Of a DNA stretch of 64,000 nt, positions 7,202-16,013 are shown in pieces. How positions within the stretch are numbered: the stretch's first letter is position 1; each line of letters starts with the position of its first letter. Under the pieces are notes generated by a model. That model searched no databases. It worked only from the letters and a program-made list of their open reading frames with translations, and was not told where the DNA came from. This DNA is from Synechococcus sp. UW140 (GTDB lineage: Bacteria > Cyanobacteriota > Cyanobacteriia > PCC-6307 > Cyanobiaceae), in assembly GCA_943369525.1 (NCBI GenBank), contig CALRNL020000012.1, forward strand, positions 8,998 through 72,997, written 5' to 3'. Both the position numbers and the translations under genes were made by a program.

Positions 7202-8866
7202 TTATGGGGTCTGGAAGAGCCAGTCGCCCAGGTTCTGCAGACCCAGCCCGGCGGTGGCCGACACGAACAGGGCCTGGGGATCGCGGATCCGGGCCTGGCC
7301 TAGGGCGGCGGCGGGGCAGCGATCGATCTGGTTGGCGATCAGGCGGCGGGGGCTCCGGCTGCCCAGGCCATCGAGGATGGCGTGCACCGTGTCGAGTTGG
7401 TCTTCCCAGGCCGGATCGGCCAGGTCCACCACCACCAGCAATTGGTCGGCCTCCAGGGTTTCCTCCAAGGTGGTGCGGAAGGCCTCCACCAGGGGCGGCG
7501 GCAGTTCGCGGATGAAGCCAACCGTGTCGGTGAGCAGCAGGGTCTGGGGCGGTCCGCCGGTGGGATCGGCCCGGCTGATGCGCCGGGTGGTGGCATCGAG
7601 GGTGGCGAACAATTTGTTCTCAGCGAGGACCCCTTCTCCGGCCGCCGGTTTGCTGAGGGCATTGAGCAAGGAACTCTTGCCGGCGTTGGTGTAACCCACC
7701 AGCGCCAGGCGCCGCTGGCCCTGGCGCCCCTGGCGCAGGCGGGCCTGGTGGTCGCCGAGTTTGCCGACATCGGCCTGGAGCTTGTCGATGCGCCGGGCGA
7801 TGGCGCGGCGGTCTTTCTCCAGCTGGGTTTCGCCCGGGCCTCTGGTGCCGATGCCGCCGCCCTGGCGCGAGAGGCTGAGGCCCCGGCCGCTCAGGCGGGG
7901 CAGCCGGTAGCGCAGCTGGGCCAGTTCCACCTGGAGGCGGCCGGCGGCGCTGGCGGCCCGTTGGGCAAAGATGTCGAGGATTAGCTCGCTGCGGTCACTG
8001 ACGGGCAGGTCCAGCACCCGCTCCAGGTTGCGGGCCTGGGAGGGCCCCAGGTCCCGGTCGGTAACCACCAGGGTGGCGCCGAGTTTGCGGGCCTCCAGGG
8101 CGGCCTCCATCACCTTGCCTTCGCCCCAGAGGCCTTGGGCGGCCCGCTCCGAGCGGCGCTGCTCCACCACCCCCACCGGATCGGCGCCGGCGCTACGCAC
8201 CAGCCCCTCCAGTTCGGCGATCTGGCGCTGGCTGGCCTGGCGGTCGCCGCTGCTGAGGGCCAGCAGCAGCACCCGTTCCCGGCCAGAGGGGGTGGCGGCG
8301 GGCAAGGCCCCCCGCTCCGGCCCCGGACCGCCGCCCAGGTCCAGGGCGCAGAGATCCTCCAGGGAGCCTTCGGCCAGCACCTGCCAGGGCTGGTTGCGTT
8401 CCTCGCTGGCGCTAGGGCGCCCCCGGCTTGGTTCACCCAGGCCATAGAGCCCGGCGGGCCAGTGGCCGCCCGCCTGGGGCTGCTGGACGTAACGGAGCCA
8501 CTGGCTGGGGGCCAGATCCAACCCCACCACCGCTTCACTGCCCTGGGGTTCGAGCTGGCGCGCTCGGGTGCTGCAGGTGATCAGGCGCAGGCCCGGGCCA
8601 TGGCGCCGGGCCGAGCCGGGAAGGCGTTCCAGCAGCCGGCCGGAGTGCTCCAGCGGTCCGATCCACAGCAGGCGGCAGAGGCCGCGGCCATCCACCACCA
8701 GGCTGAGGGGCAGCTCCAGCTCCAGGCTTTCCAGGGCCAGGCGCTGCAGGCTGAGCAGGTCGGCGCCGTGGGCTTCGGGGTGGCGGCGCTGGGCGATGCG
8801 CTCCAGGCGGCGCTCCACCGAGGGGCGCAGGCCGGCGGTGCGCCCCAGCAGGACGGCCTGCTTCAA
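7202..8866 (-). CDS. hflX: GTPase HflX (long cyanobacterial form)
   Basis: G1 motif GYTNAGKSSLLNAL, G3 motif DTVGFI(RELP), and the HflX N-domain and linker (LQVELAQLRYRLPRL). About 190 aa of extra N-terminal sequence. The start overlaps the upstream HAD gene stop by 4 nt. Confidence 0.9.
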   Translation of the reverse strand: MKQAVLLGRTAGLRPSVERRLERIAQRRHPEAHGADLLSLQRLALESLELELPLSLVVDGRGLCRLLWIGPLEHSGRLLERLPGSARRHGPGLRLITCSTRARQLEPQGSEAVVGLDLAPSQWLRYVQQPQAGGHWPAGLYGLGEPSRGRPSASEERNQPWQVLAEGSLEDLCALDLGGGPGPERGALPAATPSGRERVLLLALSSGDRQASQRQIAELEGLVRSAGADPVGVVEQRRSERAAQGLWGEGKVMEAALEARKLGATLVVTDRDLGPSQARNLERVLDLPVSDRSELILDIFAQRAASAAGRLQVELAQLRYRLPRLSGRGLSLSRQGGGIGTRGPGETQLEKDRRAIARRIDKLQADVGKLGDHQARLRQGRQGQRRLALVGYTNAGKSSLLNALSKPAAGEGVLAENKLFATLDATTRRISRADPTGGPPQTLLLTDTVGFIRELPPPLVEAFRTTLEETLEADQLLVVVDLADPAWEDQLDTVHAILDGLGSRSPRRLIANQIDRCPAAALGQARIRDPQALFVSATAGLGLQNLGDWLFQTP

Positions 8867-9606
8867 GGTCGGCGGATCCGGACCCAGGCCAGGCCTGCCG
8901 CCTGGGCCCCCAGTCCATCTTCCGGGCTATCGCCCACATGCCAGGCCTGGGCGGGGCTGAGGCCCAGTTGGTCCAGGGCCAGGGCAAAGGGGGCCGGATC
9001 GGGCTTGGCGGCCCCGGCCGCACTCGACACCACCACCACCGAGATCCAGTCGGCCAGCCCCAGATCCCGCAGCAGGCCGATCAGGCGGCCATCGAAATTG
9101 CTCACCACCGCCAGGCGCAAGCCGCGGCGGTGCCAGCGCTCGAGGGCCCCGGCCACGTGGTCGTAAACCATCCAGAGATCGGCTTCGGCAAAGCGATCAA
9201 ACAGGGCATCGCTGAGGCCCGGTGGCATGGGCTGCTCGACCCCGACGGCGGCCAGGGCCGCGGCGATGCGATCGGCCCACCAATGGCGCTCGGCGGCTTC
9301 GAGGGCCGCGCCATCGAGGCCCGGGAAGGCCAGGGGCGGCGCCTGGCAATGGATGCGCGGGAATACCGCATCGATCGCCTCTGCGGCCACGGTCAGGCCG
9401 TGGTCGGCGGCCAGGGCGGCGTAGGTGTGGCCCACGGACTGGCGCAGGCCGATCAGGGTGCCCATGGCATCGAGCAGCAGGCCCTGGGGGGGCGGCAGGG
9501 CCGGCGCCCAAGGCAGGGCCGGGGTCCTAGCCAGGGCTGGGGTCCTAGCCAGGACTGGGGCAACGGCCCGGGATTGCGGGTCCCTTGGCGAGGGAGGGGG
9601 GCTCAT
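8863..9606 (-). CDS. HAD-superfamily hydrolase (subfamily IA-like)
   Basis: Motif I LLLDAMGTL (D-x-x-G-T variant), motif III/IV region KPDPAPF...VGDSPEDG. ATGA overlap with the upstream ndh2-type gene. Confidence 0.75.
   Translation of the reverse strand: MSPPPSPRDPQSRAVAPVLARTPALARTPALPWAPALPPPQGLLLDAMGTLIGLRQSVGHTYAALAADHGLTVAAEAIDAVFPRIHCQAPPLAFPGLDGAALEAAERHWWADRIAAALAAVGVEQPMPPGLSDALFDRFAEADLWMVYDHVAGALERWHRRGLRLAVVSNFDGRLIGLLRDLGLADWISVVVVSSAAGAAKPDPAPFALALDQLGLSPAQAWHVGDSPEDGLGAQAAGLAWVRIRRP
9521..9556. repeat. 18-bp tandem duplication (x2) inside the 5' end of the HAD gene
   Basis: ggggtcctagccagggct / ggggtcctagccaggact read directly. On the minus strand it encodes the duplicated ARTPAL-ARTPAL. 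Confidence 0.85.
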
Positions 9607-10823
9607 CGCCAGTCCGCCAGCCAGCCGGCAGCCACCCGCAGCTGGTGGGACAGCCCCGGCATGCGGGCCAGGTAGGCCAGTTGGCGGATCTGGAAGGCGG
9701 CCGGACCGGCCAGGGTGAGGCCCAGGCCCGTGAGGCTCGCCTGGCCGATGCCCAGGCCGACCATTTCGCCGAGGTCATGCCACTGGAACGGTTTGAGCGG
9801 CTGGCCCGCCAGGGAGAGCATCAGGTTGGTGGCCAGCTGCTGGGCCTGTTGGTAGGCCACCTGGGCCGTGGCCGGTAGGGGCGGCTGGTCGTCGCCGCAG
9901 AGGGCCCCATCCCCCAGGGCAAACAGGTCGCTGAGGCCCGGCACCTGCAGGTCGCTCTGGCAGTAGAGCCGGCCGCGGCGATCGCGCTGCGGGGCCGGGC
10001 TGATCGGCGGCAGGTTTGGGGCCATGCCCGCGGTCCAGATCACCGCATCCGCCGGCAGCCGCTCCCGTTGCACCGGCAGGACCTCCCTGGCTGGCGACGC
10101 CCCGGCAGGGGCCAGGGGGGGGAGCCCCCCCCGCACCAGCTCCAGGGCGGTGGCATCGATGCGCTCAACCCGGGTGCCCGTGCGCAGGTGAATGTCGCGG
10201 CGCAGCAGGGCACTGCGGGCCTGGTCCCGGTTGAAGGAGCGGCCGTTGGGCAGGAGTTCCGGGCCCTGTTCGACCAGCTCCAGGATCGTGCTGCCTTCGA
10301 GCAGGTCGGCCAGTTTGCAGATCAGCTCGACGCCACTGGGCCCTGCCCCCACCACCACCAGCCGCTGCAGGGGCCGCTGGCGTTGCTTGAGCCGCTGGAT
10401 CAGGACCTGGAGCCGCTCCACATCGGCCAGGCTGCGGAAGTCGAGGGCGTGCTCCGCCACGCCGGCAATGCCGAAGTCCTCCCTGCGGCCGCCGGTGGCC
10501 AGCACCAGCCGGCTGTAGGCGACCTGGCGGCCCGAGTCGGTTTGCAGGCAGTGGCTGGCCGTGTCGACATGGGCGACCCGATCCCGCAGCCAGGCCACCC
10601 CCCGGCCGGCCAGCAGGGTGTCGTAACGGGGGGCCACCTCCCAGCGGCGCAATTCACCGCTGAGCAGTTCGTAGAGCAGGGGCAGGAACAGGAACCGCTC
10701 CTGGGGCTCGATCAACAGGATCGGCGGATGCTGCTTTTGGCCCGCCAGGGCCAGGGCCGTGGTTAGGCCACCGAAACCGCCTCCGGCAATCACCACGGGA
10801 GCGGGCTTGGGGGTCGGCACCAT
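9603..10823 (-). CDS. type II NAD(P)H dehydrogenase / FAD-dependent pyridine nucleotide-disulfide oxidoreductase (NDH-2 family)
   Basis: Two dinucleotide-binding folds: VVIAGGGFGGLTTA and VVVGAGPSGVEL. Length of 406 aa. A C-terminal membrane-anchoring region is typical of NDH-2. Confidence 0.85.
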   Translation of the reverse strand: MVPTPKPAPVVIAGGGFGGLTTALALAGQKQHPPILLIEPQERFLFLPLLYELLSGELRRWEVAPRYDTLLAGRGVAWLRDRVAHVDTASHCLQTDSGRQVAYSRLVLATGGRREDFGIAGVAEHALDFRSLADVERLQVLIQRLKQRQRPLQRLVVVGAGPSGVELICKLADLLEGSTILELVEQGPELLPNGRSFNRDQARSALLRRDIHLRTGTRVERIDATALELVRGGLPPLAPAGASPAREVLPVQRERLPADAVIWTAGMAPNLPPISPAPQRDRRGRLYCQSDLQVPGLSDLFALGDGALCGDDQPPLPATAQVAYQQAQQLATNLMLSLAGQPLKPFQWHDLGEMVGLGIGQASLTGLGLTLAGPAAFQIRQLAYLARMPGLSHQLRVAAGWLADWR

Positions 10824-10883
10824 CGGCGCAGCCGTCTTTGGGGAAATTTTTTAAACCCTAACCAGGGCCGCCGGCGCGGGAAG

Positions 10884-11690
10884 ATGGGGGCCATGACAAG
10901 CACCCTTGCTGATTTGGCGCGGCGCGGCGACCCGGTCCCCGATCCGGACCAGCCCCTGGCTGGCGATCCGGCTGGGGATCCCGCCTTTGAGCAGGCGCTG
11001 GTCTGCCAGGAGCTGGCCCAGGGCGATGCGGCTAGCCGCCTGCGCTGGGGGCTGGAGACCTTCGGCGCTGGCTTTGCGCTCACCACCAGCTTTGGCATCC
11101 AATCGGCGGTGTTGCTGCACCAAATCAGCCGGCTGGATCGGCCCGTGCCGGTGATTTGGGTGGATACGGGCTACCTCCCCCCCGAGACCTATCGCTATGC
11201 CGAAACCCTTACGACCCTGCTCGACCTGCGCCTAACCGTCGCCCAGGCCGACCTGAGCCCGGCCCGGATGGAGGCCCTCCACGGCCAGCTCTGGAACACC
11301 GGCACGCTTGAAGACATGGAGCTTTACCTGCGCCTGCGCAAGGTGGACCCCCTGGACCGGGCCATGGAGGCCCTGGGCGTTCGCTGCTGGGCCAGCGGCG
11401 TGCGCGGCGGCCAGACCGACCACCGCCAGGCCATGGAACCCCTGGCCAAGGTGCGCCAGCGCTGGTCGTTGCGGCCCCTGCTCGATTGGTCGAAGAAAGA
11501 TGTTTTCTATTACATGCAGGAGCACAAGCTTCCCCAGCACCCCCTGTTTGAGCAGGGCTATTCCACCGTGGGCGACTGGCATTCCAGCGGTCCTGACGAC
11601 GGCACCAGTTCGGGGCGGGCCACCCGCTTCGGAGGCCTCAAGCAGGAATGCGGCATCCACCTGCCCGGGGTGATGGGCGAGGGCATCTAG
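10884..11690 (+). CDS. cysH: phosphoadenosine phosphosulfate (PAPS/APS) reductase
   Basis: PAPS_reduct fold (ALTTSFGIQSAVLLH) and C-terminal catalytic ECGIH motif (KQECGIHL). Confidence 0.85.
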   Translation: MGAMTSTLADLARRGDPVPDPDQPLAGDPAGDPAFEQALVCQELAQGDAASRLRWGLETFGAGFALTTSFGIQSAVLLHQISRLDRPVPVIWVDTGYLPPETYRYAETLTTLLDLRLTVAQADLSPARMEALHGQLWNTGTLEDMELYLRLRKVDPLDRAMEALGVRCWASGVRGGQTDHRQAMEPLAKVRQRWSLRPLLDWSKKDVFYYMQEHKLPQHPLFEQGYSTVGDWHSSGPDDGTSSGRATRFGGLKQECGIHLPGVMGEGI

Positions 11691-12524
11691 GTGGCGATGG
11701 CCCCTGGCGCCGCCTGGGCTGGTCCGGGCCCGGGGGCCGTGGTGCTGCTTGGCAATAGCCGCTGGCACTGGGCTGACCTGGCGGCCGGGGATGGGGACCC
11801 TGGCCCTGGCGCCAGCAATTTGCACGACCCTGGCCCAGGGGTTGCCCTGCGCTGTTTCCACACCTCGGCCGCGCCCCACCCCCTGCCGATCCCGCCGGCC
11901 CGGTGGCGGGCCTGGGCGGCGGTGGGGGCGGCGCCTTCGGGCCTCAACCTGCCGGCAGAGCGGCAGCTGGCCCTGGACCAGGTGCCCCTGGCCGCCATGC
12001 CCCCCTGGCTCGGCATCGATCGGGCCCTGGTGGGCTGGGGGGCCTGGCGGCGCCAAGCCCTGGTCAGCCAGGCACCTTCGGTGCTAGTGGCCGATGCGGG
12101 CACGGCCCTGAGCCTGACCCTGGTGGATGGGGAGGGCCGCTTCTGCGGTGGCCGGCTGGCGGCGGGGGTGGGCTTGCAGCTGCGGGCCCTGGCCAGCGCC
12201 ACGGCCCTGCTGCCTCCGGTGGATCAGGCCTGGTGGCAAGGGCCCAGCCCAGGGCCCTGGCCGCTGGAGACCCGCGACGCCATGTTGCGGGGCTGCCTGG
12301 AGGCCGGGGCCGCGGCGATCGCCCAGGCCTGGCGCCAGGGCTGGGACTCCGCCGGGGCGGGCAGCTCGGCTCGGACCAGCGCGCTCTGGCTCACGGGGGG
12401 CGATGGGGCGGCCCTGGCGCCCCTGTTGGCGGCCCAGGGCGTGCCGTTCACGGCGGCCCCGAACCTAGCCCTGGAAAGCCTGGCGGCCCTGGCCGTGGCT
12501 CGCGAGCAGGCGCGTCTCGATTGA
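11691..12524 (+). CDS. coaX: type III pantothenate kinase
   Basis: N-terminal LLGNSRWHWA and C-terminal LWLTGGDGAAL motifs are typical of CoaX. GTG start at 11691, with an alternative ATG at 11697. Immediately follows cysH. Confidence 0.7.
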   Translation: MAMAPGAAWAGPGPGAVVLLGNSRWHWADLAAGDGDPGPGASNLHDPGPGVALRCFHTSAAPHPLPIPPARWRAWAAVGAAPSGLNLPAERQLALDQVPLAAMPPWLGIDRALVGWGAWRRQALVSQAPSVLVADAGTALSLTLVDGEGRFCGGRLAAGVGLQLRALASATALLPPVDQAWWQGPSPGPWPLETRDAMLRGCLEAGAAAIAQAWRQGWDSAGAGSSARTSALWLTGGDGAALAPLLAAQGVPFTAAPNLALESLAALAVAREQARLD

Positions 12525-12693
12525 TGCAGGCGGGGTTGCTGGGCCGCTGGCTAAAGTTGGTTGATGCAGGCTTGGTTGGATTGGAACAGGCACAAACGCC
12601 AGGGCAGTGAAGTGGGCTGCAGATGGATGCCAAATCAGCTTGAAATCGCCCCGTCGCAAGGGTCCAAGTGCAATTGCCTGGTTAAGCCCGGGC

Positions 12694-12723
12694 TTGACGG
12701 ATTTTGATTGCCCATGCTAAAAA
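12694..12723 (+). promoter_or_regulatory. candidate sigma70-type promoter for the PEBP gene
   Basis: TTGACG (12694-12699), then a 17-18 nt spacer, then TAAAAA/TAAT in an A+T-rich stretch, about 100 nt upstream of the ORF. Pattern match only. Confidence 0.3.
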
Positions 12724-12822
12724 TAATCAGCCTGGGTGATTGGGCTTCATTGGCTGCAACTAATAGTGCCATTGGAATCCTTCTTCCGGGATAATTATTC
12801 TGACTGGATCGAAAAGTAGGCT

Positions 12823-13503
12823 TTGAAAGCCTTCTTTGCTCGTGTTTTTGTTCTCTGGATGGTTCTTATGGCTCGATTGTTTTCTAGGTTTTCTGTTTGC
12901 CGGTTGTCGCTGCCGCCTTCCTCAGGCTTGTTGGCAGCTTGTCTTGCCTGGGGTGCGCCCATGGTTGCCAGCCTGGTTTTGGCGGCTGGGCCGGCGAGGG
13001 CGGCAGATTTTTCCTTATCCAGCCGGGACATTCCAGCGAATAGTATTATAGGCAAGAAGTATATTTTTAATGGGTTTGGGTGTACTGGCGATAATATTTC
13101 TCCCCAGTTGAGCTGGAAAAATCCGCCGACTGGCACCAAGGGCTATGCGATTTTGGTGCACGATCCCGATGCGCCAACCGGCGGAAGCGGTTGGTGGCAT
13201 TGGCTTGCCGTCAATCTGCCCGCCAGCATGGGAAGTCTGGAGGCCGGGGGCCTGAGCCCAGCCGCTTTGGCCGCTGCGCCGGCGATCCGCCAAGTGAAGA
13301 CCGATTACGGCACCCCAACCTATGGAGGACCCTGCCCGCCAATCGGGGACAGGCCCCATCGCTATATCTTCACGATTTACGCCCTAAAAGTTGCCCCATT
13401 GGAGATCCCTGAGGGGGCTACGGCGGCCCTAGTGGGCTATCTGGTGAATGCCAACAGCTTGGCTAAGGCCTCATTCACCGCCCTCTACGGCCGCACCCCC
13501 TAA
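12823..13503 (+). CDS. YbhB/YbcL family phosphatidylethanolamine-binding (Raf kinase inhibitor-like) protein, secreted
   Basis: ILVHDPDAPTGGSGWWHWLAVNLP and GPCPPIGDRPHRYIFTIYAL are hallmark PEBP motifs. An N-terminal signal-like hydrophobic segment is present. The track start at 12823 is TTG; ATGs at 12859 and 12868 are equally plausible starts. Confidence 0.85.
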   Translation: MKAFFARVFVLWMVLMARLFSRFSVCRLSLPPSSGLLAACLAWGAPMVASLVLAAGPARAADFSLSSRDIPANSIIGKKYIFNGFGCTGDNISPQLSWKNPPTGTKGYAILVHDPDAPTGGSGWWHWLAVNLPASMGSLEAGGLSPAALAAAPAIRQVKTDYGTPTYGGPCPPIGDRPHRYIFTIYALKVAPLEIPEGATAALVGYLVNANSLAKASFTALYGRTP

Positions 13504-13643
13504 GGCGGTTGCCTGGGAACTCGCCAAGGGGCCCCAGCCATGACGAGGTTAGGCTAGGGCCCGGCCGGGGTGACCCCTTTAACAGGCCCTGACCTACAAC
13601 CCTTGCCAGGCGAATGGATAGGCCCAGGCCCCTAGGGGCCAGC

Positions 13644-14111
13644 TCAACCCAGCTTGAGGTCCTTAAGGATCTGGTCGGCCATGGTTTCGGCCTTCACCTT
13701 GAGATAGATCAGCTCCAAGTTGCCGATGGGGTCGACCACAAAGGTGTGGCGCATCATGCCCATATACTCCTTGCCCATGAACTTTTTAAGCCCATAGCTG
13801 CCGTAGGACTCGGCCACCAGGCAGGGTTCGGCGTCGCTTAGTAGACTAAAGGGCAGATCGTATTTCTTGATGAATTTGCTGTGGCTGGTGGCGCCATCTT
13901 TGCTGATCCCAAGCACAACCATGCTCTTGTCTTCGATTGCAGCCCACTGGTCGCGGAAATTGCAGGCTTCCTTGGTGCAACCAGGGGTGTCATCTTTGGG
14001 ATAGAAGTAGATCACAACCCGCTGGCCCCGCAGCGCCGACAGGGTGACCGGATTGCCGTCCTGGTCGGGCAGGGTGAATTCGGGGGCTGGATCGCCGATC
14101 TGGAGGGCCAT
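13644..14111 (-). CDS. bcp: thioredoxin-dependent peroxiredoxin Bcp/PrxQ
   Basis: VVIYFYPKDDTPGCTKEAC carries the PxxxTxxC peroxidatic Cys, with the resolving Cys 5 residues later. 155 aa. Confidence 0.9.
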   Translation of the reverse strand: MALQIGDPAPEFTLPDQDGNPVTLSALRGQRVVIYFYPKDDTPGCTKEACNFRDQWAAIEDKSMVVLGISKDGATSHSKFIKKYDLPFSLLSDAEPCLVAESYGSYGLKKFMGKEYMGMMRHTFVVDPIGNLELIYLKVKAETMADQILKDLKLG

Positions 14112-14319
14112 GGCTCGCGCGCGGAACGGCTTTGGAGCCTAGGCGGATTGGCCTAGGGGCTGGCCTGCTGGCCCTCCCGCCCAGCCCCTGGCCTGCATCG
14201 CTGTCCTTTCCACGGCCCGGCCAGGCTCCCAGGCGCGCCGGTTTTGCTGTCGATGGGCACCAGCGCTCTGGGGGTTTGGCCCCAGGCCCAGACCTGGGAT
14301 CCCCTCGCAGCACTTCATT

Positions 14320-15054
14320 TTGGGGCGGCCGGACCCCGGCTTCCAGCCGGAATCGCACCCCAGGGGGGCGATCGTCCGGGCCCTCGCCCCCCCTGGCCGG
14401 TTGGCCGGGCTCCCTAACGTCGTTGGCGTGGCTGAACCTTCCCTGGGGACCCCCAACCCGGGGGGGCTGGCCCTGCGCTTGGCCGTGGGCGGGGTATTGC
14501 TGGGCCTCGGCCTGGCGGGACTGGCCCAGCTATCCCTGGAGCCGCCGCTCCTGCCCCCCTTGGGCAGCCCGCTTGGCGGTTCTGCTGCCGACGCCCCCCT
14601 CGCCGCCGCTGCGGCTGGTTCGGCTACGGCCCCAGGGGTGCCAGGGCCGCCAGCCAGTGGGGCCGACCTGCTGGCCGATCTCGATCGCCAGGAGGCTCTC
14701 CAGGATGGGCGCCAGCGGGCCACGCTGCTGTTGAGCAGTTTTGTGGGCGCCGAAATGGCCCGCTTTTTCTGGGGCGGTTTCAGTGGCTATCTCGATGGGC
14801 TCGGCCTCGAGCCCCCTGAAGACATGGCCGTGAGGCTGACGCTGCCGGCCTCCCCTGCCGCCGGCGTGCAGCTGGAACTCACGCCCCGGCAGGGCGGTGA
14901 GCGGTATCTGGCCCGGGTGGTGGCCGCTGGCAGCGTTCCCCGTGGGATCGCCTGCCGCGGTGAAGGGCCGGTGGGGGCCTTTCGGCTGCGGGGCAACCAC
15001 CTGCTCTGTCCGCCGGGTTGGCAGGAGTTGCCGTTCCAGCGGGCGCGCCGCTGA
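14320..15054 (+). CDS. hypothetical membrane-anchored protein
   Basis: Coding-like G/C third positions. One TM-like segment (LALRLAVGGVLLGLGLAGLAQL). The C-terminal part is non-repetitive with 2 Cys (GIACRG...LLCPPGW). The start is uncertain; a GTG near 14428 is possible. No family recognised. Confidence 0.4.
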   Translation: MGRPDPGFQPESHPRGAIVRALAPPGRLAGLPNVVGVAEPSLGTPNPGGLALRLAVGGVLLGLGLAGLAQLSLEPPLLPPLGSPLGGSAADAPLAAAAAGSATAPGVPGPPASGADLLADLDRQEALQDGRQRATLLLSSFVGAEMARFFWGGFSGYLDGLGLEPPEDMAVRLTLPASPAAGVQLELTPRQGGERYLARVVAAGSVPRGIACRGEGPVGAFRLRGNHLLCPPGWQELPFQRARR

Positions 15055-15197
15055 TGCTGGCTTGCCGAACCCGACCGCGCCGCTGCGGCATCGGGCGTCT
15101 GCCAACCCGGGGGTTGGGGGCCGGTCCCCGGGGTAGGGGTGGCCATGGGAGTGCTTGAAGCGCCGTCGTTGGCTGGCTGGCTTCGCCCTGGCCAGCG

Positions 15198-16013
15198 ATG
15201 ATCGGGCCCATGCAGATGCCCGGCTCAGCGATGGTGCCCGTCTCCCAGGCCCCACGGCCAGGCCGTCTTGGCTCCAGGCTCGTTTCGGTTCTCCTGGCCG
15301 GGCTCGCCGGCCCGGTTGGCCTGGGGGCCCTGGTTCCCCTGGCTGTCCGAGCCCAGGCTGCTGGGTCTGGACCCGCGACCCAACCGCTCCGGGTTGACGG
15401 CGGTTCAAGCCTTGCCGTTGGGACCGCCAACGGCCGCGAGGTGATCCCCGTGCGCTGGACCAGCGGTGTGGGGGTTTGGTCGCTTCAGCCGGAGGCGATT
15501 CGCCGCTTTGTTGAAACCGGTGTGGTGAGCGACCGCTCCTTGGCCAGCGCCATCGACCGATCTGGCTGGAGCGCCGAGGAGCTGCGTCTTGGTCTGGCCA
15601 AGCCCTACAGCGTGGATCTGGTGGCCCTGGCCCGTTTCCTCTATGGCCGCGATGGCCTGGCCTTCCTGCGCAACCAGACCCGAGGCTACGGGCCGTCAAG
15701 CACCCAGGCCCCCTATGCGGTGGAAGCCCTGCGCTCGGCGATCATTGCCGCCGCTGCGGGCGGCCAGATCTCGGCGCTGGCGATCATGGCCAACTTGCCC
15801 ACCGACTTCAGCACCGTCCAGGCCTGTGGCCGCGATGCCAGTCGCCCGAATGTCTGCGCCGCCGGCCACTGTGTCGGCGAGGCCCAGTGCACGTCCTTGT
15901 TGTCCTGGTATGTGTTCCTGCCGGCCTGTCTGCAGGCCAACCAGGCCCGCCAGGTATCTCCCGCCGGCTTGGCTCCCCTGGGAAGCTCGCCTACGCCAGG
16001 CCTGAAGCCCTAA
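15198..16013 (+). CDS. secreted protein, DUF1400-like N-terminal region
   Basis: Signal-like N-terminus (LVSVLLAGLAGPVGLGALVPLAVRAQA). The segment WSLQPEAIRRFVETGVVSDRSLASAIDRSGWSAEELRLGLAKPYSVDLVALARFLYGRDGLAFL resembles the DUF1400 pattern as I recall it. Cys-rich C-terminus. Confidence 0.45.
   Translation: MIGPMQMPGSAMVPVSQAPRPGRLGSRLVSVLLAGLAGPVGLGALVPLAVRAQAAGSGPATQPLRVDGGSSLAVGTANGREVIPVRWTSGVGVWSLQPEAIRRFVETGVVSDRSLASAIDRSGWSAEELRLGLAKPYSVDLVALARFLYGRDGLAFLRNQTRGYGPSSTQAPYAVEALRSAIIAAAAGGQISALAIMANLPTDFSTVQACGRDASRPNVCAAGHCVGEAQCTSLLSWYVFLPACLQANQARQVSPAGLAPLGSSPTPGLKP

Noticed and set aside
13631-13644. 14-nt perfect palindrome GGCCCCTAGGGGCC at the bcp stop as a terminator
   Set aside because: A loop of 2 nt is sterically implausible and there is no U-tract. 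It overlaps the stop codon region, so it is most likely coincidental in G+C-rich DNA.
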